In this document: positions 51,601 through 62,200 of the stretch, piece after piece
How positions within the stretch are numbered: position 1 is the stretch's first letter
Layout: each line of letters begins with the position of its first letter
Source: Thalia democratica
Taxonomy: Eukaryota
Direction: 5' to 3'
Assembly (NCBI GenBank): GCA_965202585.1
Contig: OZ241834.1
Coordinates: 2,108,001-2,172,000 of the forward strand
DNA length: 64,000 nucleotides
Translations under genes and position numbers: made by a program
The notes under the pieces: generated by a model
What the model saw: the letters and a program-made list of their open reading frames with translations, nothing else
Told to the model about the DNA's origin: nothing
Database searches by the model: none

Positions 51601-54600
51601 AAGATCAAATAAAATTATCTTAATACTCCAACTTGAAAATATAAAACAAATAAACAAACACTTACCTCTCCAGTAGCTTTCTTAGCTCCAATGCTTCTTG
51701 CCCTTATGAGTCCTTCTCTTCTTGAGTTTCTGTAAAGTTTCACCAATCCGTTGAATCTTGTGATGTACTCTTCTAAGTGCTCTCCGAGATGTACTGTTAA
51801 TTAGATGATAGTAAAAAAATGTATAGTTATGGTTAAACTATTAGATTAAGTTTGTTGAGTTTTGTGATGTATTCTTCTAAATATGCTCTCCGAGGTTTAC
51901 TGTAGGGTAATTAAATAGTTTATACTTTTTAAAATTACTGATCAGACTTAAAATTTGATAATAAATATTTTATATCATTTAAAAGGTATTTAAGGTTATA
52001 ACTTTAAATTTTTTTGTTTTTCCTCTTTTTCATTCTTAATTCAATGTTTACTGTTAACCAGTTGCCAAAAACCTAAGTCTAACACTTTAAAGCCAATTAA
52101 AAATGTCAAGCATTTGCCAACATAATTTAGTTTATAAAACATTTAAGTGCCTACTTAAAAAGGAGTAAACACTGTCATTGATTTATTACAGCTAATATTC
52201 TGACTTAGAAAATAAAGTAAAAATCAAAAGTTTGATCTTTTGTGCTTAATATGAACAGTATAAGTTCATAGCAATGACAACACATCATCAATAAGTTTAA
52301 GTACATAAAAAAAAAACTCATTTGCAACCATAAAGTAACAACTGATACGTTACTACCATATAAAAGTTTATTAAATACTATACTTACACAACAGGGACGT
52401 AGCTAGCTCAAAAAAGTTACGAATCTGTAAAAAATATCATTAGGGGTATAATTAAAACAAAATCGCGTTTTTGTAAAAATTTATATGTTGCAGCAGAGTT
52501 GCAGAAACGCGCCAAGCTACGTGCTAGTAAAACTATGAATAATAGCTAATTTAATAATTGATACTATTGTCATCAATCATCACAGTTTCATGTAAAAGTT
52601 CAAATGTTAATGAGGTTTGATAAAATCTTTGATATAATTTATTCTATTACAACTATTTTATTTTTCTTATTCCCATCATCAAGCTTTGCAATTTCATAAA
52701 GGAGTTTTTTGGTGGCATGTTTATGACGTTGTGGATATAATTTAGATAACAATTTATTTTGTTAACAATAGTTTCACAAACCTTTCTATTTTATTTAAAG
52801 TTTAATTTATTTTTATAACATTCACCTTTCTTACTGCCATCATCAATCATAACAACTTCATGTAAAAGTTCCTTTGGTGTATTATTGATGACATTGTGAA
52901 CTGTCCTCATCAATGGAGACCACCCCTCATTGTGAAATACTATGATAACTGATGTTACCGGCATTTTTTGTGGGTAGTCATAATGTTTGCATCTGTATAT
53001 AAATTAAAAATTTAATATTTTTATTACATGATAACTGATGTTGATAGCATTTTTTGCAATGATACGTGGATTTGTGGATGCATTTTTATTCAATAATATC
53101 ACTTGTTGAGGAAACATTTTGTGGTAAAAAAATAACATAATGTATATGTGTATATATTTTCAATAAAATAATGCTACTTAACACATAAAAATTGTTTAAA
53201 ACTCCAGGTTATTTTTAATGATTTCTGATCAAAACTCAGGTTTTTTCTTTCAAAATTTCTTAAGTTCCACTTTTTTAAGTTTTTTAGGCGAAATTGTCAA
53301 ACTCCAGGTTTTGTTAAACCTTGTTAATTCTTAGCACAAAACTTAATTCAATCATTCTTTGCAAAATAAGCATACTTTAATCTATAAATAAAATGTGCTT
53401 ACCTTGCAACCTACTTCTTATAAACAAAATTAACAGAGTTTTAACTCTTGTTTTCTTAACCTTTAGGGGTGGGAACAAGTAATAAAAGATTAAATAAATA
53501 AAAAGTACAGAAATAGTTTTCAAATTACCATAACTAAAATTTTAAACATTCTTAATATGTTTTATTGAAATATCCAACTCACTCTTGTTTCCTGAGATCC
53601 TTAGGAGCTCTATCCAGTGAAATCCTGTCAGAAGCGACAATGTTGAAACCGAATTCAGCTATTGACTTCTTAACAGCGTCATCTAGTGACTCATCTAATT
53701 TCACTTCTTCACCGTACTCTCCGGCACCTGCGCGCCTGTGATGTCATAATCAAGATGTTAATAAATTGAATAACAAAAGAAAATAATTTAGGGTTGTCTT
53801 TTTGTGAGGTAAAAAAGCCAGCCTGAGTTATATCAAACTAGTTTGAGTTGAATATAATAATTTAAATGATACTGTTAATAGTTCATTAAAATACACCAAG
53901 TTAATAACAAAAAGATCCTATAATAAAAAATGGTTAAAAAAAAAAATCAAGACAAACTATCCTGAATTTGCAGCAAGTGGTAACCCTGATCATTTTTGAC
54001 CTTTTACTTTAAAAACTAAAAGTGATATTAAAACATATCTCACATCAACAACATTAAACTTTGTTTGAGTAAAACATAGTAGTATAAATAAACTTAGTTT
54101 TATTTTAAATTAATATTATATAAAAACATTTTTGCTACTTATAAATGAGTATATTTCAGAATCATAAGAATTTTACAAAATCACTTTTCACTACATTTTA
54201 TTAGTATTACTTTTATTAAATTTAAATCACCACAAACCAAATAGTTTAACTTTATTGGAAATTTACAGTGAAGTTTTACTAAACTATGACCAATAAAAAA
54301 CTAAATTAATCAATAAATATTGTGTCATTTAACTTAAAGTTCACAGTATGTACTATATTTAAATAAAAAAACTGACACTTGATAGAAAAACTTATAAATT
54401 CTAAAACATTATAAACTCTATATTTTGCAAAATTAACAAAACTATTATTGTTCCTATAAAAAAAGTGTCACATTCAATTACATAAAAACATCAATATACT
54501 TATTTACAGGTTTGACAATTAAGCAGCAACATCATTGTTAATTGTATGAAATTTTACTCAAGTTAGACAAAAAATTACAATTACATAAAAACATCATGGT

Positions 54601-57600
54601 AAATTTCCATAAAAAAGTTAGTTATAAATAAATTTAATAAAACACACTTTTGCTGTGGGGGTTTGGGTTCGTAGTTTCCAACTCTACTCTCAACATATTT
54701 TGGGTAATCGAAATCGCCTGGTCTCTAAAAAAAAGAATGTATATTGTTTAAAAGGTATCTGTATAAACCAGTCTATCACATATACTTATAAGGATAAAAC
54801 AAGTACAAGTAAGAAAATTGATTTTGAAACTTAAAAAATACTAGGGCAGGGGTTCCCAACCAGGGGTGCTCGCACCCCTTGGGGGTGCGAGGCAGCATTC
54901 CAGGGGGTGCGAGATGGCTTTTCATTTTTGTATGATAAAGAAGGAGATTTTCACTCTCTGATTTCACTCTCTTTATAAAGTTAAAAAGTACAATTTTTTA
55001 TAAAAAGAAGTTGGTGATAAATAAATAAATAAATAATAAATTTTCTGAATAAATAACAGGGTTGCCACTTTACCTAGAAACCTGGAAATTGACAATTTAG
55101 GTTAAAATAACCTGGAAAAACCTGGATTTTGATCAAAAAACCTGGAAAAAACTTGGAATTTTCAATAATTTTAACATTTTCAGTCGTAAAATTTTGATTT
55201 AATACAAAAAATCTATCATATAATTGAGATTTTTTGTCATCATCAATTTTTTTTTTTTATTAAAAAAACATTTTTGAAGTAACTTTACAGTATCTTTTCA
55301 ATATTTTTATACTATTTAACACAGTTTCTTAAATAGAAATTAACTTAAAACTAAAAATAGACCCAAAAATGTGTACTTTTAAAAACCTGAAAAAATTTTT
55401 GAAAAAACAAGTGGCAACCCTGAAATAAATTTTATTAATACGTCATAGAGCAAGAGCGCTTTTTTAGAAGTAAATTCATTTTACTATTTTTATTAATAGC
55501 TGTTAGTTTATAATTAAAATTTTTGTAAAGCTTTCTTAGAGCTTTACACCTTTAATTTTAATCATTTATTCTTTAAATATTTTATTTTCATAACTGGCCA
55601 TTAGTTGTTTAAAACAGTTTATGAGCTAGCATCTATTTTAATTGAAATATTTAGATAAAAATTAGTATCTTCAGCAGGTTTTTTATTAGCTGTTAAGTCT
55701 ATTACATTTATAATGTAATCTTTTTTTAAGCTTAGTTGTGCAGAAAGTGGTGCTTTAAAATTTAACATCAGTAAATTGTAAAATTCTCAGCAATTACTGT
55801 GTGTTATACCGTTTAATAAAACTTGTTTTTAGCTTTAGTGAGACCAATTTTTATAAATCAGCAAAAGTTTTCAATACATCAACTTTATATCTATTCATTC
55901 CTTTTTTGCACTTAAACCGTTTACCTTTTTCAATCTACTTTTTTCTATTTATGTTGTAAGCATACAAACTTTTTTTGTATTTGCTTTTATACATATCTTT
56001 TGACAACTTAAGACTAAACATCTTTTAATTTTTTAAAATCTTAACTCAAACCTTTATTATTTTGAAACCTCCTAGCTGCTAATAGTTTTGAAAATAAAAG
56101 ATTACATAAGCTTAACTTAGAGCAGCTGATTTTTATTTCTTAAGTACATATATTCATAACAAAATGTATAAAAAATTTAGTTTTAAATTTAAGCCTAATA
56201 TTTATTACTTTTCTAGTGCTTTTTCCTCACTTCTAATACTCTTTCAAATCTTAAAAAACTAAATGACAAAGTCATAGGCTGAAGCATTATTTTTGTATAA
56301 ACTTTATGAAAAAAAAATTCTTAGTAATTAACTTTTTTATTTTTTTTAGAATACAGTTTATTTAATTAGTACTCAATCATGTCAAAGATAAGGAAGTTGA
56401 ATGATAGTTAATTAATAAATAAATATAGCATATAGTGTTAGGGGTGCGAGATCAAATTAACAGACTTTAGGGGTACCGGGCATCAAAAAGGTTGGGAACC
56501 ACTGTACTAGGGGTCTTTGTTGAAACAATATAATATAAACTATATACAACATATAAAGTTTTCTTGAATAATTTTTCATCAAATTTACAATAGATTCTTA
56601 ATATTGAATAGAGCAGAAATTCTTAACCTGGGGTAAATTCCCTTATTTTGGGGGGTAAATTTTGTTTATTACAAGTTATTTAAATTTATATTTATCTATT
56701 GTCTTTTAAATTTGTAAGTTAGTTTTAAAATGTGACTACTTTTAAGTTAAATAATCTCTTTAAATTTTACAATTTTTTTTAATCTAATAAGCGTAATGTT
56801 CAAGAAATCTAGTTTTTTCCCCTAAAATTAAACACTATTTTGTATATTGGGGGTAAGTTTGGTAAGTACTTTCCAAAAAGGGGTAAATTTAGCAATTATC
56901 TTCAAAAGGAGTAAAACATGAAAAAAAGGTTAAGAACCGTTGGAATAGAGAATAACTATTTAAATTTAAATCCAATTCGAAATCATAAAAATTAATACTG
57001 CTTCAACTCAAAACTTTTTACTAGAAAGTAATTCTTTATTTGAGTCAGTAAAGTTATCAAAGTATTACTACAAAATAACTGAAAACCAAAGTTAATAAAC
57101 ATACTTTTGATTGCTTTTATAATTTTTTTATTAATTAACTACTCACTCTGTGTTCCCAATCAAAAGGCAGTGCATTTTTCCCAGTTGGTCTTCCATTGGT
57201 TGGTAAATCAATCACAACTTCTGGTTTCTCATTCTGTAAATTCAACAATTACTTACAATTTACAGCAGTAAAATAAAACTTCAATAGTATAAAAATTTTT
57301 ATTATCTTGTAATAGATAAATATTTTGTTACACAATTTTATGTCAAACTCATCATAGCTGCAGAGAAAATTTTCTGAATTATATTCTTGTTGAGTTTTGA
57401 ACAAAAATTAGAAGTAAAAAAAAAATTACAACTGTTGTTTTTTTCATTTTTACAGAATATTTTAAATCAAATTTAGTTTCCAAATATCAACACTCTTAAA
57501 ACTACAATACAGACCTTATGATTAAGTTGTTCAAACATTCTTGCCTTCTCAATCAGTTCCTTCAACCCTGCTGGATTATCAGCTCTCTGATGAAGTATGA

Positions 57601-57664
57601 AAACAATTGCAATAACAATTAAGCATGACAAGAACTTTATAATGTTCCTTCTAGAACGCCGCAT
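30665..57664 (-). CDS. GALNT7: Polypeptide N-acetylgalactosaminyltransferase, GALNT7-like (subfamily GALNT7/10), 642 aa
   Basis: 15 coding exons (minus): 57664-57515, 57233-57147, 54724-54648, 53735-53583, 52992-52826, 51793-51666, 51330-51206, 50452-50315, 49781-49664, 49349-49227, 46849-46794, 46377-46255, 45781-45640, 31727-31575, 30853-30665 (1929 nt, all phases consistent). It has an N-terminal basic tail plus TM helix, then [46 protein letters not shown] (DxH), [36 protein letters not shown] and a ricin-type lectin domain. Confidence 0.95.
35532..35816. mobile_element. Degenerate hAT (Charlie-like) MITE within the tandem unit
   Basis: Starts CAGGGGTCTAC..GCGGGCCAC and ends CGCGGGCCATAGGTTTGTCTACACTG. 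Related ends occur at about 33805-33832, 24070-24104 and 28783-28802. Confidence 0.45.
35973..36647. mobile_element. pogo/Tigger-like (Tc1/mariner) MITE
   Basis: TA|CAGTGCTTCCTCGCTTA ... TAAGTGAGGAAGTACTG inverted termini; internal TATCCGGCC repeats; no ORF. Confidence 0.6.
37591..37945 (-). mobile_element. CAGGGTTGCCA MITE copy (one TIR intact)
   Basis: CAGGGTTGCCA at 37591 followed by the family interior and TTCCAGG subrepeats; the far end is eroded. Confidence 0.6.
40414..40748 (-). mobile_element. CAGGGTTGCCA MITE copy
   Basis: Ends GGTGGCAACCCTG (40748); begins with a damaged CAGGGCCAC; family interior (AAAGTACACATTTTCGGGTCTATT). Confidence 0.65.
45024..45165. repeat. Short interspersed element relic with five 17-18-nt tandem units and a terminal stem-loop
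   Basis: Units of the form ..GTCA(C/G)TTTTGCAC.. x5, followed by TTACCG-ACC-AAG-GGT-TAG-CGGTAA. The CTGTTACC..CGGTAAGC motif is shared, inverted, with 33481-33585. Confidence 0.5.
47968..48210 (-). mobile_element. Truncated CAGGGTTGCCA MITE copy
   Basis: CAGGGTCGCCA at 47968 plus family interior (AAAGTACAAGATTTTGGGTCTATTTTTAG). Confidence 0.55.
54847..56504. mobile_element. Non-autonomous hAT (Charlie-like) element, 1658 bp, with a perfect 8-bp TSD
   Basis: TIRs CAGGGGTTCCCAACC / GGTTGGGAACCACTG; TSD TACTAGGG at 54839-54846 and 56505-56512; GGGGTGCG subterminal repeats; no transposase ORF. Confidence 0.9.
55057..55422 (+). mobile_element. CAGGGTTGCCA MITE nested in the hAT element
   Basis: TIRs CAGGGTTGCCACTT / AAGTGGCAACCCTG; both flanks read AAATAA (possible TSD in A-rich sequence). 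Confidence 0.85.
56614..56942. mobile_element. hAT MITE, 329 bp, with a perfect 8-bp TSD
   Basis: TIRs CAGAAATTCTTAACCT / AGGTTAAGAACCGTTG; TSD GAATAGAG at 56606-56613 and 56943-56950; GGGGTAAA subrepeats. Confidence 0.85.
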
Positions 57665-57994
57665 TTTATTTAAAATAATGGGTCTGAAAACATTTAAAAA
57701 TAGTGGCTTTATAAGTTTGAAACAATATTTAATAAAAATCAATTTTATTTGTAAATAATAATGGAGAATAAAATTAATTTATAATGTTTTAGTTGTTTTT
57801 TGAAATTTAGTATATTAATTTTACTAAATATAACAACCAAATAGAAAATGATGTTTTTGAAAAAATATTGGTTACCTGTTATTAGAAAACAACCAAGGTT
57901 TAAAGGTAAAAATATTAACATTTAAGTTGAGAAAAACTAAAAAAAATCATTTTACATTTGTTACAACTGGTATTGTTTTGCAAAGTAAATAAAT

Positions 57995-58394
57995 CGGAGT
58001 GGCCACTGACATTTTATAAATATCTTCCAGGTTTTTGAAAGTACACATTTTTGGGTCTATTTTTAGTTTTAAGTTAATTTCTATAAAAGAAACTGTGTTA
58101 AATAGTATAAAAACATTTAAAAGATGCTGTAAAGTTACTTTAAATCTGTTTTTTAATAAATAAATTTTGATGATGACAAAAAATCTTATTTATATGATAG
58201 ATTTTTTGTGTAAAATTGAAATTTTAGTACTAAAAATGTTAAAATTATTAAAAATTCCAGGTTTTTCCAGGTTTAATGATCGAAATTCCAGGTTTTTTTC
58301 AAAATTTCTCAAATTCCAGGTTTTTCCAGGTTATTTTGGTCTAAATTGTCGAATTCCAGGTTTTTCAAGGTTTCCAGGTAAAGTGGCAACCCTG
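57995..58394 (-). mobile_element. CAGGGTTGCCA MITE copy, followed by a partial copy to about 58730
   Basis: CGGAGTGGCCAC at 57995 and AAGTGGCAACCCTG ending 58394; multiple TTCCAGGTTTTT subrepeats. This explains ORF 58167-58418. Confidence 0.75.
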
Positions 58395-59233
58395 AAAATT
58401 TTATTCCAGGTTTCCTGAATTTTTTCCAGGTAAAAAAATACAAGATTTTTGGTTTATTTTTAGTATAAAATTAAACTTATGTTAGGAAAACTGTCTTAAA
58501 TGGTATGATAACATAACAAAATTGTTTTAAATACTTTAAATTTGTTTTTAATAAATAAGTTCTACTTTACAGAAATATAACTTATCTTTATGATAGACTT
58601 TTTGTATCTAAACCAAAATTTTGTTGTTTCACATGTAAAAATAGTTCAAATTCCAGATTCATTCACAATTTCTCATATTCCACTTTTTTTTTCATAAATT
58701 GTCAAATTCCAGGATTTTCCACGTTTTGAAATTAATAAGCTATTTAAAACAGAATGAAAGAGAATTTAAACACTATAAAGTTTAGTCAATGTACCTTGTT
58801 TCCAAAAAATTACTTAGAACTTAAAAATTCATACTTTGACTTATTAAAGTTAATTTCAGCAATGTATGAGTAGTAATAATACATGACTTATTTGAGAATA
58901 ATTTGGAAAGCTTCCAAGACATTGCCACCCAAAATCTATTCTAACTTATCAACTTGAATTTACTACTTGGATGTTGTCTTTTTCGTATTAGGGACTTTCA
59001 TAATAAAACGAGAAGAATCTTTCAGAATTTGAGTTCTAATAAAAAATAAGATTCACATTAGGTGGAAAAGTTAATAAACTGTATAAAAACAAAAAGTTAA
59101 TGAATAATAATTTTCATATTATATCTTATAATAAGTAATTTTTTGTGAATAAAAGAATATTTTACGATAATTGCTGTACTTTTTGGCTTTTTAAATTTCG
59201 CTTGTATCTGTTAAAGTTAAAAGTTTACACACT

Positions 59234-59246
59234 TGCTGAGTCAGCA
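59234..59246. promoter_or_regulatory. Perfect palindromic Maf recognition element (T-MARE)
   Basis: TGCTGAGTCAGCA is the reverse complement of the T-MARE consensus TGCTGACTCAGCA. It has an A-tract flank and lies about 1.57 kb 5' of the GALNT ATG. Motif match only. Confidence 0.4.
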
Positions 59247-62200
59247 AAAAAAAAGGGTAATCCCGTAATATCTACAATCAGACCCCTGTTTTATTGTAAT
59301 ATTTTGGTTCTTTCTGAATATTTTAGGTAAATAAAAGCTGTACCATAATATTTAACTAAATTCCAACATAAACTTATTACATGATTTGTTTTTTTAATTA
59401 ATAAAAAGTGTTAACTCGGTATTTTAAGTTTTTTGTCTAACACTAGACTCAGACATCAAAACCTGGGGCCTGGGCTACTTACACTGAAAAAGAGACGTAA
59501 ACGATAAATTAACACAAAAAATTAATTTCATTTAAAGTTGGAAAATGTTAGAATTTATCAGTCAAATTTAAAGACAAACTAAGTTATCAAAGTTAACCGT
59601 ATTAACAATTAAAAAAGTAGTTAAAAGTAAAAACTTTACACAATTTAACAAATACGACAGAGACAACACAACGGTATAGATTATAGAACATCAAAAGTAT
59701 CATTTTTGCAATGATTAATTACCAAATATATAAACCAACACATTTTCAAAACAGGCAGCATATTGAAATCTTTTATTAGTGACAATAAAGTTGGAATTAT
59801 TATTCTTAGAGCAAAGAAGTTGCCTACAAATGAACTCAAATTACAAACAAAATCAAGACTTAAGTATATGTATTGTGTAACACTTAAACTAAATAAAAAT
59901 TTTCGCAGTAATTTTTCGGAAATATCTTTGCTTTTCTTAAGTATTTTTTTGAGTCATATTTAAAAAAACATATATAGAAAGTTTTTAAATTAAAACTGCA
60001 TTAAGTGTTAATAACAAAATTTGTTTCACTACAATTACTTTAAACTTACTAGTCTTCTATTAGTAAACATTGTTTTCTAAAAACATTATATTGCTAATCA
60101 ACGTTTTGAAAAAAAACTAAAGCTAAAAACTTTAAAAACAAAAATTAAACCATAACTAAAGGTTGACTTTGACACTTTGATACAGCTGTTATGCAGAGCA
60201 AAAAATTTTTTTTTTCTTACCTGTACTTCTAACTTTAAATATTCGAAAATTACTTGCTAATAGTTTGCTAATAAAGATCTTAAGGAAGCACATTCGTTGG
60301 ATTGTAATAACAATAACTTGTTTTAATTTTTGAACCTCCGAGTTAAACTTTCAAAAAAGAAAAAAGAAGAAGGTAAAGAGAATGGATATGTGTATTTAAT
60401 TTATTAAGTATAATCCATGGTCGCAATAGATTGATAACTAATAACATCATGTTCTCATTTCTATTTGTAAGTATTACTTGATTACAGTTTTGGTTTATAC
60501 TTCATAAATTCTAATAAAGTTATAAAACATAGTTCAGAACTACAATTAAAAAAAAAATTCATAATTCCGTAAAACTGTCTTAGTTTTAACAAAGAAAAAC
60601 GTGCGTCGGTCGAATTAAGACTGTATAAATTGTTGTTGTTATTTCTCTAGCTTTCAAGTATTGTACTTGGTAGTTTATAAATTTCATAAACTTATGTACC
60701 AAATCTGTTTCTAAGAAAGCTTTAAAATATAGTTCAGAATTAGAAAATTTATTGTAAAAGTATTTTGGGATAGCTATAACTAAAACTTCAAAGATAAGGA
60801 TTCTGTAGCATCTGTATTATAAAAAAGGTTTTTGTTTAAAAGGAATTGAAGCTTTGGATAAACTTTAATACTTTGAATCAAATATATGAGTATAAAGCAG
60901 TATGTTCCAGATAAAAATAATGTTGTAGATTTATACGATATAAGCTAATAAAGATTAGTTGTTGCTATTGCTATCAAAATAACATTTTTATTTATATTGA
61001 CTTTTTTACTTGTTGAAAAAAGAGTTGAAACACTTAATTTAACCGGATAATGTCTTTCATTACCAATTGACTTATTCTAAACCCTGTTCTAGCTGAAATA
61101 AAGTAAAAAATTTATAACTATATTTGAATTTTTTTCAGAAATGTATTAGATGTTTTTGTTTTTGTCAACTGAATAACAAACTGAAGATGTCAGGTATAAT
61201 TATTTATTTATATTAGATAATCATATTGTACTACTAAAGAATATTTAATGTTTACTATCATTTAAAAAATAATTTTAAAACTTATTGATCCCAATAAATT
61301 AAAGTAAACACTTGCTGTTTTAATAAAATTGTGTTTAGTAAAATGTAAAAACTCAATAAACAATAAAACATCTGTTTCCTTTTTCTTAAAAAGTTACAAA
61401 AACACAACAGATTACCAAATATTTCTTTAATAATGTTTATTTTACGGCAGAAATTTTTACATACAGCTTGTTTTACACCTTGTTTGTTGGGATAACAAAA
61501 AATATTGCGCTATAACTAACTAAATAGTGTACTATAATTAGGTTCAGTTTCTCAAAAGCTATTTAAAAAAAAGTCGAGAGTATGTACTAATCGTTTGTTC
61601 ACATTTTTCACAAAAACATAAAAAAAAATTTAATGCTTATGAAGGCATAAGAAAAGTCCATCGATAAATGTTATGAAAGTTTCTGTAAAACATATTACTT
61701 TTTAAGTATAAAGTAAGTTGAGAAAGTTATTTAAATAAATAACTATTAGGTAGATCACACCAACTTTGAAAATACCAATGCCTTAAAGAAATATTTGGCG
61801 TAAGTTAAACCAATCTTAATAATTAAATAAATTTTCTAAGTTTTTACACGTAAAATCTATCAACAAAACAATTGAATAATGATTAATTAGCAGATAGATC
61901 GAACTATCTTTGAAAATGTAGTGCTAGTGCATATTTAAAGACTTTCGTACCGTTTGAATATTGCCTGCTAAGCAGACTTAAAATTGAACTTTGGTAAATT
62001 TATATAAAAAAATTGTTAAGTACGTCACTAAATTGTTTTGGTACATAAAAATATTTGTTTTTGAAAACCTATTCTGTTGTATTGGTAACTTTGTCGTACG
62101 CTTTAAGAAGTACTTTAGTTTTTTTGAGACTGTTTTAAAAATTAAATTTCAAACATAGTAAAACAAAATTTGAAAATAGGGTTTACGTTTAAATCGACTT

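Noticed and set aside
61139-61195. Possible plus-strand micro first exon (ttttcAG..AAGATGTCAG|GTATAA)
   Set aside because: No downstream coding exon could be found in the window; such signals occur by chance.
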